Of a DNA stretch of 64,000 bases, positions 13,733 through 28,869 are shown piece by piece. Source of the stretch: Eledone cirrhosa. Lineage: Eukaryota. The DNA is taken from NCBI GenBank assembly GCA_964016885.1, contig OZ024742.1, positions 60,574,001 through 60,638,000 of the forward strand, read 5' to 3'. A program made the position numbers and the translations under genes. The stretch's first letter is position 1. Each line of letters starts with the position of its first letter. A model generated the notes under the pieces. That model made no database searches. It worked only from the letters and a program-made list of their open reading frames with translations, and had not been told where the DNA came from.

Positions 13733-15085
13733 TAGAATGAGAAAGCGAAGTACTTTCAGATGTGATACATATTTTAATGACAACACTGACCACACGGTTC
13801 GATGCCCCCAGTGCCGTGACATTATCAGACAGCTTGTTACATTAAAAGGTTATGTTTCCGAGGCAATCCAAATTGAATCGACATGGGAACGGACAAAGCG
13901 TGTGCTCTTGACTTCTTCTCCCGTTCCCTTGTGAGTCCCAATTCACCCCCACCTGTCTGTGCAGGCGCAAGTCCGAAGGAAATTGACCATCAACTACCGT
14001 AGAGTTCTACGAAACTCGCCTAGGCATGTCCCCCTCTCAACCAAACAATGACCACATCAAGGCCTGTAATATGACAAGGTTACAGCTTACTACTAGCCAC
14101 ACTGTTAGTGGCAGTCGGCCGAAAGCTAGTGGGGGTGGGAGAGTATGAGTTTCAATAGGTCCCACTACTACCCTTAAATTAAGCATCGACAGTAGAATTG
14201 ACCATCAACCGCTAAGAGAATATATACTTATTTCTAGGTATTATGGTTTCACAGTGGAAATTATGAATGAGAGTTAGAAATTAACACTAAAAATTACAAA
14301 TCAAAAATCAAAAATAAAAAAAAATTACAAGTTAGAATCTAGGTGTAAGTAAGTAAAAAATATATATGTACATATGATAACTAATAAATAGGGAGATGTT
14401 TAAGTTCTAGTAAGAAGTGTTGAAAGTGGGATCAATCTTTCAGATATATTATCTACATATTGAACGATAGTACCGTACAGTAGAACGGAGGGTAGATTAC
14501 AGTAGTTAGGCGAATACATAGTTAATATCTCTATCACATGGAACACAACAAAAATGCAAGGTATAACATACACAAACAATACAAAAAAATACCTGAAATA
14601 CATAGAGGTAAAATGAGATATGTGATACATATGTAAAATGAGATAGGAGATATATATGAGAAACATATGCGAAGAAGATAAACTGCATGGAAATGAGGGT
14701 ATAAGTGGTTAATATGATTGTCAATTTGTCCATATAAAGGTTTGTTATCTGGTGAAGTGAGGGGGCTTCTGTTCAAGGCCTCTGTGCAGATGCAATCTGC
14801 TGCTGGAAAATAGGGGTTTATCGTCGTGTTTATTTCCGCGTATTTATCCTGTCGAAAGTTAGTTTATAATTTTATGTCCGTCCAGTATCAGGGATTTCCA
14901 GTGTGTGTATTTCAATTTGGATTGCCTCGGAAACATAACCTTATTATGCAACAAGCTGTCTGATAATGTCACGGCACTGGGCGCACCGAACCGTCTGGCC
15001 ACTGTTATCATTGAAATATGTATCACAGCATTATTATTAAAGGAATTTAACATCTGAAACTACTTCGCTTTCTTATTCGATATAT
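13733..15085 (+). mobile_element. Non-coding element (family J) with about 150-bp inverted termini and a hammerhead-like motif at 14955-15029
   Basis: 13733-13880 is inverted at 14910-15085; GCTGT CTGATAA...GAAA TATGTA TC ACAGC; another terminal fragment at 13551-13600. Confidence 0.7.
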
Positions 15086-15155
15086 ACTCCGTCACTCCTA
15101 TGTGGAAAAATTACGTTGAGTGCTTGAATTGAATTGCATCAATATTAACCCTAAA

Positions 15156-15205
<50 letters not shown>

Positions 15206-15231
15206 TTATATATACTTATGTATATATATAT

Positions 15232-15405
15232 ATGAATAAAGTTAGTCCTTCATCAGTGATCTTCCAACCATCATTGGTATTTCATCGCTTTAAAGACCAT
15301 ATACCTCCGGTTGGTGCGAGCAACGGCTAAAAAAAGTCGTTGGGACACGTAAATAAAGGGGACACGAGTGTAAACAAACAAAAATGGTGAAGCAACGAAA
15401 AGTGA
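15232..15405 (-). mobile_element. Family B solo copy
   Basis: Near-identical to 13146-13321; TA-rich flanks. Confidence 0.88.
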
Positions 15406-16047
15406 TATATACATACATACATTCATACACAAATACATAATACACATACATACATATACGTATTAAATGAATAACATTTGAGTATAATGTTAGTGTGTTC
15501 ATATCCACCACATCATGATGTCTATTATCAACATAGTATCCATACTATCCGTTAGGATATAAAAGATTTATACAGTTTATGCTTACAAGCCGAAAATTGT
15601 AGTTAATATCTCGAACGTTAACCTTAGAGAAGTTAGTACGTACTAAGATGTTTAATCATAGAATACGTTCAGTAGATAATAAATCTATGTGGAACATATG
15701 TAACGTATTCCAGTCACAAATCTAATATAAGACCAGGCCGTTGCCTCAGTATATACCAATGGCTTCGTTTAGTAATTCATTTTTTTATGCGTCAATAGTA
15801 TATAATTCAAGAAGGTGACACACGTCTGTGATCCCGTATGACACCATCGAAAAATTAAATAGATTATCTGATAAAGATTTGTTCACGAAAATTAGCTGTT
15901 CATTGAACATCTATCTGATAATCATTAATAGTAATGGTTGTAAATGCGTAATCTAAAGTGCTAAATAGCAGTAACCTTTCAATCGAGGATTAAACCCATT
16001 ATAACAATCTGGGTAAGCTTATTATTCGAAAGAAAATCTCTGACCAA

Positions 16048-16129
<82 letters not shown>

Positions 16130-16162
16130 GTATGTATATATATATGTATATATATGTATATA

Positions 16163-16497
16163 TTTTGAAAACAAAATGGCGTAGGATAGAAGAAAGAAAA
16201 GGCACAGAAACGAAGAAAGGAATCCCCAGTCACTGAAGAGGTCACAGAGTGTGTGACGAAAGGACTATGACTATATATATAAACAACTATCTGGTTGTGG
16301 AACCAACCAACCAACCAGAAATTTATAAGTTTGTAGATTTGTAAATTTATAAATTTATAAATATATAATAAATTGAAGTGAAAGTGACTGGAGCGTGTGT
16401 TTCTTATTGGCAACATGACCCTCCCAAAGTATAACAATATCGGTTTCAACACACGATTTCAGATAAAGAATCTTGCTAAACAAATTCAGAAACGAAA
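16163..16497 (+). mobile_element. Family A full-length copy with hammerhead at 16228-16272
   Basis: Same ends as 8971-9287; only a 6-bp fold-back, ATTTTG aaaa CAAAAT. Confidence 0.9.
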
Positions 16498-16562
16498 TAT
16501 ATATATATATATATACATATATATATGTATATATATATATATATATATATACATATATATAC

Positions 16563-16597
<35 letters not shown>

Positions 16598-16650
16598 TAT
16601 ACATATATATACATATATATATATATATACATATATATACATATATATAC

Positions 16651-16683
<33 letters not shown>

Positions 16684-16684
16684 C

Positions 16685-16799
<115 letters not shown>

Positions 16800-16800
16800 C

Positions 16801-16932
<132 letters not shown>

Positions 16933-16939
16933 TTATACC

Positions 16940-18487
16940 ATGATATTAAATAAAATTATATTTATAAAACCATATTTATTCTATTATATATATTTCAAGG
17001 GTACCAACAGTTTGGTACGCCCTCATCAGATAAAATACAAACTTTGTTTTATAAATATTGACATAACCAGGAAAGAAGAACTTAACGGTTCAAGTTTTTC
17101 CTGGATAGTGAAGGAAAGAAGGGAAAGAGAAGAAAGGTCAAATATTTTGTTCCAACATTGAAAATGTTTTCGGAATATTGTTAATTTAGCGAAGTTATAT
17201 AGGTTATCATACATGTTATAATATTTTTGTTTGCTCGGTTGAAAAGGAAAAGATAACTCCAATCTTATTTGCTAACCGTTAAATTTGATGAATGATTTAC
17301 TCAGAAACTATGTAGAGAAAATTATATATTATTTTGTGTGAGATTAATTTTTTCAAGGATGAGAGTTTCAATTATATATTATTTTAGTCGAAAGATGTGT
17401 GAAAAGTTTAAAGAACAAAAAAAGAGGAAAAAAGTATTGTACATTTCGAAGAACTATCGTGAAGAGGATATCTTTCAGAATGTCAATTAAAGATTATCAA
17501 TCTACATCTAAAAAAAAAATAGATTTAGAAGAGTATCTTTAGGAAAATAATGACAAATGGTAAAAATATTAAAATTAAGAAGGAAGATCATTTAAAAAAA
17601 TTTAAAGTTTTAAAGAAATACTCAGTAAATAATAGGATCATTTTAAAGGTGTATAAGATATAGTGAAGTGTAATGAATATCATAAATTAAAAAAACTTCT
17701 GAAATTTTGGCGATGTCTGCAACTAGAAAATAATTCTGTTTTAAGATTAATAGAGTTTTGATAGTTAATTATATTAAAAATGTTAATAAAAAAATTCTAT
17801 AAAATCACCAATAATACTTATACTTGCACAATTATTAATCTATATAGATATTTATATACTTACAACCTGTCGTAATATAATAAGATAAAATGAACTTACA
17901 ACCACAATTCCTCATATAATCTAATTGATTATATATACTATATTATACCTCATAATATAACTAAATAATTTTTAAATTCTGGAATCATATTCCACCATTC
18001 CTACAAACTGTTATTTCTTTTTAAATTAACGTAAATACAAGCTCTCCTTTCTTTCTCTTTCTTCTTCCTATGCATACATATATCATAATAATTATTTAAA
18101 TCTACATAGCGTTTAAAAATAACGTTTTTTATCAGCACTATACCTCAACCTCATTTGCATACTCATCTTTATAATTTAAAATATTTGACTTTTCTTCTCT
18201 TTCCCTTTTTTCTTTCACTATCCAGGAAAAACTTGAAGCGTTAAGTTCTTCTTTCCTGGTTATGTCAATATTTATAAAACAAACGTTGTATTTTATCTGA
18301 TGAGAGCGTACCAAAGTTTTGGTACCCTTGAAATATATATATAATAGAATAAATATGGTTTTATAAATATAGTTTCCATTTATTTAATATCATTGAATAT
18401 TATACTCCAGAAAATTTGTCGAGTGCTATGAATCAGTTATTAACATTTATATTTATTGAATTACCAACAAATTGAATATCCCTTTTG

Positions 18488-18490
<3 letters not shown>
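16940..18490 (+). mobile_element. AT-rich PLE-like remnant (family G) with inverted pLTR; hammerheads at 18291-18349 (+) and 16979-17035 (-)
   Basis: 16940-17147 is inverted at 18178-18393; TTTTAT CTGATGA GAGCGTACCA...TGGTACCCTT GAAA (TA)n ATAGAA; (TA)n flanks. Confidence 0.75.
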
Positions 18491-18584
<94 letters not shown>

Positions 18585-18970
18585 GAAAGGGGGTTTTATA
18601 TATATTCCGGATGTATATCTGGACGGGTCCAAAGCTGCAACATCTACTCAATAAGTTAGTAGAGTATAGGCATCTGCATTTTATGATAAAAATGACTTCA
18701 ACGGGAATAGAACTCTTGCATTCGTCAGAAATCATCCTTATTCTCGATGCTTTTAAAGTTAGAAAAACAAAAGCATGGATTAACCTCGGTGAATGTACTT
18801 CAACGAAGAATTTTCTAATAATTACTTTGACAATGCACAGTTTAAACATTTCTATTGACAATACCTCTAGAGTTTAGCCAATGTGACTATGTTTTAATCG
18901 TTTAAATAAATATATCTTTTCTTAAGACTTTAAGTATACATTTCATTTCACTAAGCAATATATATATATA

Positions 18971-19018
<48 letters not shown>

Positions 19019-20379
19019 TGTGTGTGTGTGTAGGAATAATTCTAATGAGAAGAATTAGAAATATGCCAGATTAGTCTTTGTTGACTAATTTCTATTCTAC
19101 TCCATGGAATGAGAAATATCTTTTAATTACACAATTCTGCTTTTTAAAACTAAATATTACTATTTTTAATGAAAACAAATATGTCAAATGAATATAATTG
19201 AAGATGTGTGTTTGTGTGTATGTAAGTAATGTATATACATACGTGAATGTATATATGTATGAATGTGTATGCATGTATATCTGTATGAATATAAACATAT
19301 TTACATTCATGTGTATGCGTGTGTGTGTGTAGCGTTTGTGAGGACAGCCGGATTAGTAGTTACACTGTTCAGCAGACACGAGTTCTTTTCCTGCCAGTGC
19401 GTTTTATCGATGACGTTGATATCATTTTCCTTTGCTCCAATCCAGCTAGTTTACGAAGGTGGATTGTAATTCAATTAAAGGCCTCTTTGCTTCAGTTATT
19501 CGTGTTACAATTATTGCGAGTGTGCAGTTGTTCATTGCTGACTTTTCTAAGGCTTTCTGGAGATATTCCATTGATTACATCCTAGAATCATTAAAGCAAT
19601 AAGAATTACAAATAGTTAAATCATCTATACTATCTATATATTAGACCTTCTAGTAAATAACAGGCAAATCAGTGGATCTGACCATAGCGTATTTGGATGG
19701 AATATATTTTGATCGTGTGATTTTTTTAGTTAATGGCAATCTGTAACTTAATATCTACAACATCATTCCCTACAGCAGACCTGTCAACTCTCATCGTCCG
19801 ACTGAGAGATCTCTCACTCACCCCTAAGTGGGTGAGAGATGTTTTCTCTTGTGAAAATGGGTATAGTTTTCATTATGTAAAATCTCCCCATTTTGCCTCA
19901 TTTCTCCCCGTTTGGGGCACTTCTTTTTTCATGCTACTCTCCGTTTGGAGGTTTTAAATGTTGGCAGATTGGCTACAGAGAAACATCTATGCCGTCACTT
20001 AGCTTCCTGAAAATTGCAGTCAAGTATTTTAAATACACACTACAAAGGTAAAGAAAAATATCACATTATGTAATGTATTTCTCGATAGAGAAAAAGAGTT
20101 GTGCCACCTGTGAACAGGTGGCACAACTTCTGACAAGGTTCAGCTCTTATCGAACCTCATCTGGAAGTAAACATACAAAACAAGAATTACACGGTAAACG
20201 AGAAATCCAATTAACCATCACGAAAATGGAACAGCATGTTTATTTTTCCTACTTAAAATCTCAATTGTTGAAAAACGTTTACATCATTTAATTTCCTTTT
20301 AATTATTCTGTATCAATATTGTCACGTTTCACTCTTCTTGCTTTTCTTTTTTGTACTTTACTTATTAATTTTATTATTT

Positions 20380-20610
20380 GGGCGGTGGATTGGCTTTATC
20401 GGTAGGGCGTCGGACACCATGCTTTGCAGCATAGAGTTATGTCCCATTTATGATCTGAGTTCAAACCGCCGAGGTTAGTTTTACCTTTTATTCTTACGAG
20501 GTCGATAAAATAAAGGATCAGTGATGCCCTGGTGTCAATTTAATTGACTTTCTCACCACCACCCCCTAAGAAAATTGCTGGCCTTCTGCCTATAGTAGAA
20601 ATAATTATTA
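20380..20610 (+). mobile_element. SINE of the same family as 12209
   Basis: GGGCGGTGGATTGGC...GAGTTCAAAC...GTCGATAAAATAAAG...GCTGGCCTT...AGTAGAAAT. Confidence 0.85.
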
Positions 20611-20639
20611 TTTTAGTGCTCGTTTGCGGGGTTGGTTAT

Positions 20640-23490
20640 TTTGAGCTATTTCAAAGTGTCGTTTGTTGAATAATTTTTTCACGAACTGTATATAAGGTTC
20701 CAAACATTGGCTTGTGTTAAGGCGACCCCATAATATTTGAGCTTTTGAGCCCAAATATTATAACTTTACTTTTGATAAATTTATTGTAAAACAAAACATG
20801 GCGAAGCCACGCCCTCACATATGAGCTACAGTCCTGTGATAGCGACTTAAACGTTGAGATACTTCTTCAGATCAGACCTGAGGAATTAAGAAAAATCCAC
20901 TACTGCATCTGTCTCCAACAGCCACATCTGTCTCCAACAGCCACATCTGTCTGCAAGTAATGACCGAGGGGAAAAGGCCGCAGCTCAAAAATGCCAGCAG
21001 TCAAATGCCTCCACTGCGGCCAACACTGGTGACGGAAACAAGACAACACCAGCACTAACAGCAGCAACAGTAAAGGATACAGCACCACCTGCAACAACAG
21101 CCGTAGTGACAGCAACAATAAAGACCATTAAAACCACCCAGAGAGTCGCCCAAACAAGCTATCCCTCTCCCCTCTTTCAAACACACGCACACACAGAACA
21201 ACAATCACACACCTGTAAACACACTCCCACTCCCCTCTGACACAGATTCCCCAGACACCAGTTCCTCTACATCTCCAAGTGAAGATGAGGGTGAGCCTCC
21301 CAAAACAAATAAAAAAAAACAGCAACAAAGAAAGCACAGAAAGAAATAGAAAAACTCAACTCCACACACATCAACAAGCGCACAAAACATACCCACATCA
21401 ACTACAGGCACATCCAAAGCACAATAGTCAACAACACCAACACAACCACAAATCATGCCTTCAAAAGATAATAAACGCAGAGAATAACGACAGACACACG
21501 AAACTTCCAGTTACTAACAAGGGCCAACAAAAATCTTATAGCCCTTGTAACACGAAGTCAAAACATTGGGAAAGATGGAGAGATTTTTGGAACTGGCATT
21601 TTCAAATTTACCCAAAAACTACTGAAGACGTGGATGCCAATAAACACTTGCAAAAACATTAGGGAGAGTTTTCCTCGAGAAGGCTTTTAAAGGGTTTCCC
21701 AATGGAAATCATACAAAGTACGGAGGTCCAACCAACAGAACTCTACAAGACCCCGGGGGGTAAGGAAACCTTTTATCTCTCTCCTTTAGACTGCCAACAA
21801 GGCAATCCTAAGATCAAAGTTAATGGCCACCTCTAGGTCTCCAGATCGGGCCGCCGAGGGTGCCCTCTTTCCTCTCTTCTGTACGTATTGATTATCGAGC
21901 CTTTACATGATGGTGTCAGAGACCTCGGAAATCGAGGTGGTCGGCAACTTATTGGAGGAATATAAAAGGTTCACGGGACAAAACTTAACCCGGAAAAGTC
22001 GGTGGGCTTGCAACTCGGCACTTCAAGGCACTCCATGCCGTCCAACAGCGTCGCTGGGCGCTGGACGTACGGACTGGTAAAGTTGCTCGGGGTTTGGTTC
22101 GAGCCAGACCTCTAGGTGGATAAGAATTGGGACGAGTTGACGGGCAGGGTAGTTAGTCTCACCCAGAAATGGGCTGTGAGGAAGCTATCACTGAAAGGTC
22201 GGGTGGAGGTGGCGAATGCGTACATCGCGTCCGCCATCTACTATCACCTGACCGTCGTCCCTTGTACCCGTTCGCGCCTCACCAACTTGGAACGGCTCCT
22301 CTTCAAATTCTTATGGAGGGGACTGGTTCCGTTGGTGAGGCGGTCGATCTGCTGCCAGCACCCTCCACGTGGAGGGCTGGGCATGCCGTGGCTAATGATG
22401 CGCAGACATGCGCTGAGGCTGCGTCATCACTGGATATTCTGCCTAAACGGATAATAGGTGTGGTTGCCGTTTGTCTCTTTAACTGAGCTGCAGTCCTGGA
22501 TCAAGAAGAGATCGAGACTGGGCGACTGGCATCTGGAATGTTGCAAAGCACTCATTACCCTCTACCAGGCGGGCAATGCAGTCAGTGGAACATCCTCTCT
22601 CGGGTTCCATAGAGGATTAGTGGTGGGAAAGCGCGATGACGAACTCGGAGAGGCTCTGGGCGTTGAACTAACTAGTCTGTTCCGGAGGACTTTCGAGCCA
22701 GGGACGATGGAGAACTTCAAAAAATCCCTCATTTGGCAGTGCTACCGGGGTCACTGACGGTTCGCGATGAACTCTACAGGCACGGAAGTGCTGTCAGACG
22801 GATCTGCCCGAGATGCGCGCAGAGCGACGAAACCGTTCTGCACGCACTCGTCCAGTGTCCGTGCATTGCTGACTTGTGGAGTTATGTCAAACAGTTGTTG
22901 TCGCGTGTAGAACGGATCCGGCTATCGGCCGAGTCCATAGTGAAAATCGACCCGCCGCCTTCTTTTGGCCAGAAAGAGCAGGCAATTTTCATCTGTCTGA
23001 TGGCAGTAGCAAAAGAGGTTATCTGATGGACCAGGTTAAAAGGACTGAAGATAGCCACTTTTCTGTTCGGCCAATCCCTCATCAACTTTTTTAAATTTTA
23101 TTTGGAAAGGAAGGGGAGGGTAGAGGGAGAAGTGCTGCCCCCCCCCCCCCAGTACATTTGCTGAATGGTGGGTGAATGTGACGAGAATAGCCCGTGTTAG
23201 TGGGCCGACTCTGATCATGCGCTTGTAAGCTTGTGAATTTGAGGAGGAGAGGGGTGCCCTTCCGGGTGCCCTCGAAGCGTCGGGTGGTTCAGGATTAGTG
23301 GGGTACCTAAATCAACCCTGGGTGGTTGATTCAGTTACTCCTTTTGGAGAATTTTTCATTGTTGTATCTCTCTTGTTTGTTGTTATTGTTTTCTTAATTT
23401 TTACTCGATTGGTATGTAGCTCCCCCAACTGTCCCCGTCTATTGTATTGTCTCCTATATGTCGGCCCTTGTGGCCAATAAATGAACCCAT
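20640..23490 (+). mobile_element. L1/Tx1-clade LINE remnant, internally deleted; 5' boundary approximate
   Basis: ORF2 C-terminal motifs WAVRKLSLKGRVEVAN, GGLGMP, zf-RVT CPRCAQSDETVLHALVQC; AATAAA at about 23476; low-complexity ORF1-like 5' region. Confidence 0.8.
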
Positions 23491-24059
23491 TATTATTATA
23501 AGTGGTAGTAGCAGTATTAAATTAGAATTAGAATTTGAATAGTAATAGTTGTAGTAGTAGTAGTATAATAGTATTGTTTACTAATTTTCTAAATCTGTAT
23601 TTAATTTGTTTACATTCCCATAAGTCCTATGCCTGTCACAGATCTGTCATATGTATTCCCACAGTGTTTGACATTTAATAGGGGGATAATTTAATTATTT
23701 CACATTACTTTATGTAAAATTGCAGCTGCAGAAATTTGTCCAATATGATAATTAGTTTTATCCTGTTAAAAAAAAAAAACATAATGATTTTAACAAACAC
23801 TTTTTACATAAAATGATTTATAACATTTCATTTCTCTTTAACTATTGTCATTTATCTCTATTTCTTTATGTTGATGGAATTGCTCAGTTGCACTAAAATA
23901 TTCCAAATTAATCCAGTTCCTCTTTCTTTTCCTTTAAACCCGTGGCACCTGGTGGAGTCGTAGGGGCTCCGTAGTGACACACAGTGTCTCCTCTACACTT
24001 TTAGACCTGGCACATCCGATCCACACTCCACGTCTGAAGACAGCTAATTTCTTCCAGAG

Positions 24060-24945
24060 AAGGATATAGAAATAAAGAAGGAAGAATCAACCCAGTACTG
24101 GACTGGTAAACTATTTATCGACCTAAAAGGATTAAAGGCTAAGTGGAACTCGGTAGGATTTGAACACAGAGTACAGTGAGCCAGAAAGAATGCTACAAAC
24201 CATTGTATTGGCCCTAACAATTCGCCGTCTAATTCAGTCTCATAAAGTAAAAAAAATCTATAATTCTGACTTCAATAGTCAATTGTGTGGCTTTTTGGAG
24301 AGTGTTCAGAATATTGACTGTGATATATATTTGACAATGAGATGCAAATTCGACAGACTTGATAGAGCACTGGACAGAGCTTTGTGACATCTGTTCCAAC
24401 CTTTTACGTTCTAGGTTCAACTTCATCAACTATAGCTTCCATTCTTCAGAGGTCGTTAAAATAGTACCAGACAAGCAGTGAGTTCGATATAATCGACTTT
24501 CCCTTCTCCCCAAAATTGCCTGTTTTGTGCCTTAATTAAAAACCTAGTATAGGCAGAACATGGGACAACATGCTTTGCGGCATAGAGTTACGGCCGTTAA
24601 CGTTTTGTGTTGAAATCTCGCTAAGGTTAGTTTTACCTTTGACCCATACACGGCCGACAAAATAAGGCACCAGTTATGCCTGGGATCGATTTAATTGACT
24701 TTCCTCTCCCCACACAATAGTAGCCCGTGTGTCTAAATCAGAACCCATTATTATACTGTTCGTGTTGACGACATTGAGTATGATAAATGGGATTATGACT
24801 GGAGCGAAACTGAGGAGAAAGTCAATAATTGTGATAATTGTTTCTACTTTTGGCACAAGGCCAGCAATTAACCAGTGTATTACTAGTACTTTATTTTATC
24901 GACCCCGTAAGGATGAAAGGCAAAGTTAACCTCGGCGGGATTTAA
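24060..24945. mobile_element. Cluster of decayed SINE copies: about 24060-24230 (-), 24545-24745 (+) and 24836-24943 (-)
   Basis: SINE core and tail motifs on both strands. Confidence 0.7.
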
Positions 24946-25962
24946 TGATTCCAAATTTGAAGTTGATGAATGTAGTAATGTCGATGGTGATGACTATGGT
25001 GACAACGAGGATGGTGAATCTGATGATGGTATTGACGATGATGCTAATAATATATATGATTGACAAATTAAATCAATACGATAAACATTGAGATAAAAGT
25101 GCTTGTTTTCCATGCATGAGAGCACATGACTGGTAATATTTGCCATTTTTAGAAATACAAGTCTGACAATCACCAATGCGGAACATGTTTCGTTTTCAAA
25201 TTTTAAATTATTAGCTAGGTTTAGCCGTTATTTTCTACATTTCAATAAGCCTATATGTACTACTTTACTTTCTTTGTCCTGTTATTATGAAAATATACGC
25301 ATGTAAACTCACGTAATGTTCTTTAATCTTATTAATACTGAAACTGTACGAAGTTCTTCCACCTCTCTCTATGTATAATTAAATTAAAATCATCAATCCA
25401 GTTTCGCCATTTTCTCCACCGGGACAAAGTAACGTATAAAATATGTGCATGACATGCTGTGGTTTACGAAATGAAAATATCAAATTGTTCGTTTGGTAAT
25501 AAAGTTATGTATAATGCAAAAAGGATAAAATACTGAGGCATCTAGAATTATACAAGGGTTGTTTCTATGGATAAATAGAAATACCATTTGTTGCATTAAC
25601 GATTTAGGGTGAAATATATCCTAAATTCGAGGACATAAACCCATTGCTTTCGATTGTCTGCATTCGGCTAATTGCACCCGAAATATCGGTAAGAGAATAA
25701 CATTTAATATATTCACAGCTTGTTTTTTTATTCGTTCCCAGTTTCTTTATTCTTTTACTGGTTACCCCTACTTGGCTAGAACCATGTTTTAGCAGAGCCT
25801 TAAAGAAATTTGTTTAATCATATGAATTTCAGCCCTTATTTTTTTTAAATCATATTTTAAGGATCATTTTTTGTCGGACCGATAATGTACAGGAGATTCT
25901 CAAACACAGACACACACCTATAGAAATCTTACACAAACACAAACTCACGCGCACACACACAC

Positions 25963-26003
<41 letters not shown>

Positions 26004-26415
26004 CGCACACGCACACGCGCACACACACACATATATATATATATAAAATAGGCTGTTTAATTTTCCCACCACCAAATTTCACCCGCAAGGTATTAGTCAA
26101 CGTGAGGCTGGCTCGAGATATTATGAACACCATGGAACTGGTACCGAAAATGTGTGATTGCAAGTCGAAATCGTCAATAACACAGTTATATCGGAGCTTG
26201 TGTTGTGTAAAATAAATTCTCGAAATACTTTGCTTCAATTTAGATTTGTGGGGTCATGAGATAATATAATTTTTCTCTATCATATTTTAATTTTAGAATT
26301 GAGGAATTATGGAATACGTTTCATAGCTATTATTTTATTCTCCTAAAATCGATATCGGATATCACATGCAGAAACAGCTCTAATTACCGCATTGTTATAT
26401 ATATATATATATATA

Positions 26416-26460
<45 letters not shown>

Positions 26461-28869
26461 TAGTTACACAAATACATACGTCGGTCAAAATTATTTGCTG
26501 TATTTTTTGACTATCTACTCTCCGATTTCAAATCGTGCGGAAGTCTAACTTGTATTTCATCCTTTCGAGATCGAAGAAAAATGTAACATTCTATATCTCT
26601 TTTCCTCTTCCTCTCTATTATACTCTTTCATTTTCTGGATGAAATGTTCTGACATGGATTGGAAAGTGATCTGCCATGACTAAAAGATCCTAGAAGACTC
26701 TCATGACACTCCAGTGCTCCTAGTTTACTTCCATGTGATATGTGTCAATACACACACATCCACACACAATCATGCAAACACTGACACTACACGGGCACGC
26801 ACACATTCATGAACACATGCAGGCATACATGAAACGGCGCTACATGTACTGATAGGAGTAATGTTTGGCTATTCGTAACTAGTAAAACAGACTGGTACAT
26901 ATAAATAGCCTAAATAAATTAAATGCCGATAACCCCTACATAATTTTAGCTATTACCTGCTTCCATAGACTTTATAACATTAACTCTCATAATACCGTAT
27001 ACCAAGGTTAAATTTGATTCTAACTTCATTAAATACTACTGTATTTGCATTTAATATTAGATTAAACTGCTTGAAATACTTGACAGAATAACTATTAAAA
27101 AAGTACCGTTGAATAATTCTGACAATTCCAATCTCTCATAATCTTAATAAAAACTTTGTTTACTTTATCTCACTTCAACCATGATGGTAAGCACATACAT
27201 CGGTCGGTAATTAAACCCATTTTACATGTTGTATATAATTGATTCTAAGATCACTGTACGAAGGTATAGTACAGGATATCTGTAGGGAATGAAGCATGTG
27301 TAGGTCAAATATATAATGTATTAATTGTTGAACCTTGGTGATCTATTATTTGTGTTATATATATAATCAAATATATGAGAATTCCCGGTGTATATATGGA
27401 GAGGCAGACACAATTATAAATGGTACCTAATATGTTAGTAGTGTATAGCATTTGTATTTTCTTATAGAACTAATTTCTACAGGAATAGAGACTTTTCATT
27501 GGTTAGAAATCATCATATTTTCCATACTTCTAACGTTAGTACAGGAAAGGTATGAATTGACTTCGGTAAACGTCTTCAACGAAGAATTTTCAAATATATA
27601 TAAAGTGTTGTCTGATGGAAGCATTGTGGAATATGAAATTAAAAAGCCGTTATGTTTAAGAAGCTGTGCAATGCAGGCTTGTTTGAATTACAAGTTGGAA
27701 TGGAATTGAAAGAGTTGAGGTAGAAGGGAAATATGGGAGAAGGAACATAAAAGGACAGAGATGACTCACTGTAACCTTAGTAATTTATTAGTCCCAAAAT
27801 ATTTCGAATTTTTTCCAACTATTATCAAAATGGGGTCCGTGGTGAGGAACTTTGGAGAAATCGGGAATTGTCTTTTTTTTTTATAGTTTATGGCCAATAT
27901 ATTATTTTATGTGTAAACGGTATGAAGATAATATTATATAAGCAGATGTTTGTTTTTTCCTCTTCATTTTTTAATTTCAATTAACAATGAAAGTATAATT
28001 TAGATATAAGAAGGATAAACAGCTGTAAAAAGATACTTTTAGAAATAGATCGATGAACATGATAACCCAGTAGCAATAATGAAGAAGCTATCTTTTATCT
28101 CTAAATGTTGTTGACATGATAACTAGGTAAATTTAGTTTTATCGAAATTAAATGTGAACTATATATATTTATTCTCTGACAGAAAAAAAACAACAGAAAA
28201 AGAAATGTATTTTCAGCAACCCACTACAGCTGGATGTTTGCAGGAGGGATTGTACATTTCATGCAATGATCTATCCTTGTCATATATAGTGTTAGGTTAA
28301 TTCAGTGAAGTTAACGCTTAGTGTACACATCTTTATGGATTACTCAGCCCCACACGTGTTATTTCGTGATTTGAACATTCAGTTGATCGAACGACTGAAT
28401 AATGATTGATATCATGATGTTTATCGGAAAAAAAAAAGATTTATAAAGTTGTAACAGCTAATTGTAAAGTGTGTATATACGTGTATACATAAACCCCTCT
28501 ACAGATTTATAGACATGCTAATGGACATACTAATTTGCATATCATTATCGCTCGTATTATTAATTAATAATTGTTTTTTGAATGTATATATAAGTATGTA
28601 TGTATATGTATGTATATATAATTGTATGCATGTATATATATGTATGTATATATAATTGTTTTTGTATGTATATATATATGGATATAGTATTTGGAACTTG
28701 GGAAAACTATCCAACATTGAGAGGCTTTGTTGTCTCTGATAGAAACGAAGTGAGAGTGTATTTTAATACATATAAGATGAGAAAACTCTTCGCTAGAACA
28801 ACCGATAAAACAGCCATACTGTCAAAGGCAATAGGCAAAGGCAACAATGATGCTTCAGAGGATAGAGAG

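Noticed and set aside
19340-19585. Possible minus-strand pseudo-exon (DVINGISPESLRKVSNEQ...) after a tag acceptor
   Set aside because: Two in-frame stops and no recognisable homology
24229-24460. Short protein-like ORFs here and at 28680-28870 and 38594-38916
   Set aside because: No recognisable domain and no supportable splice sites
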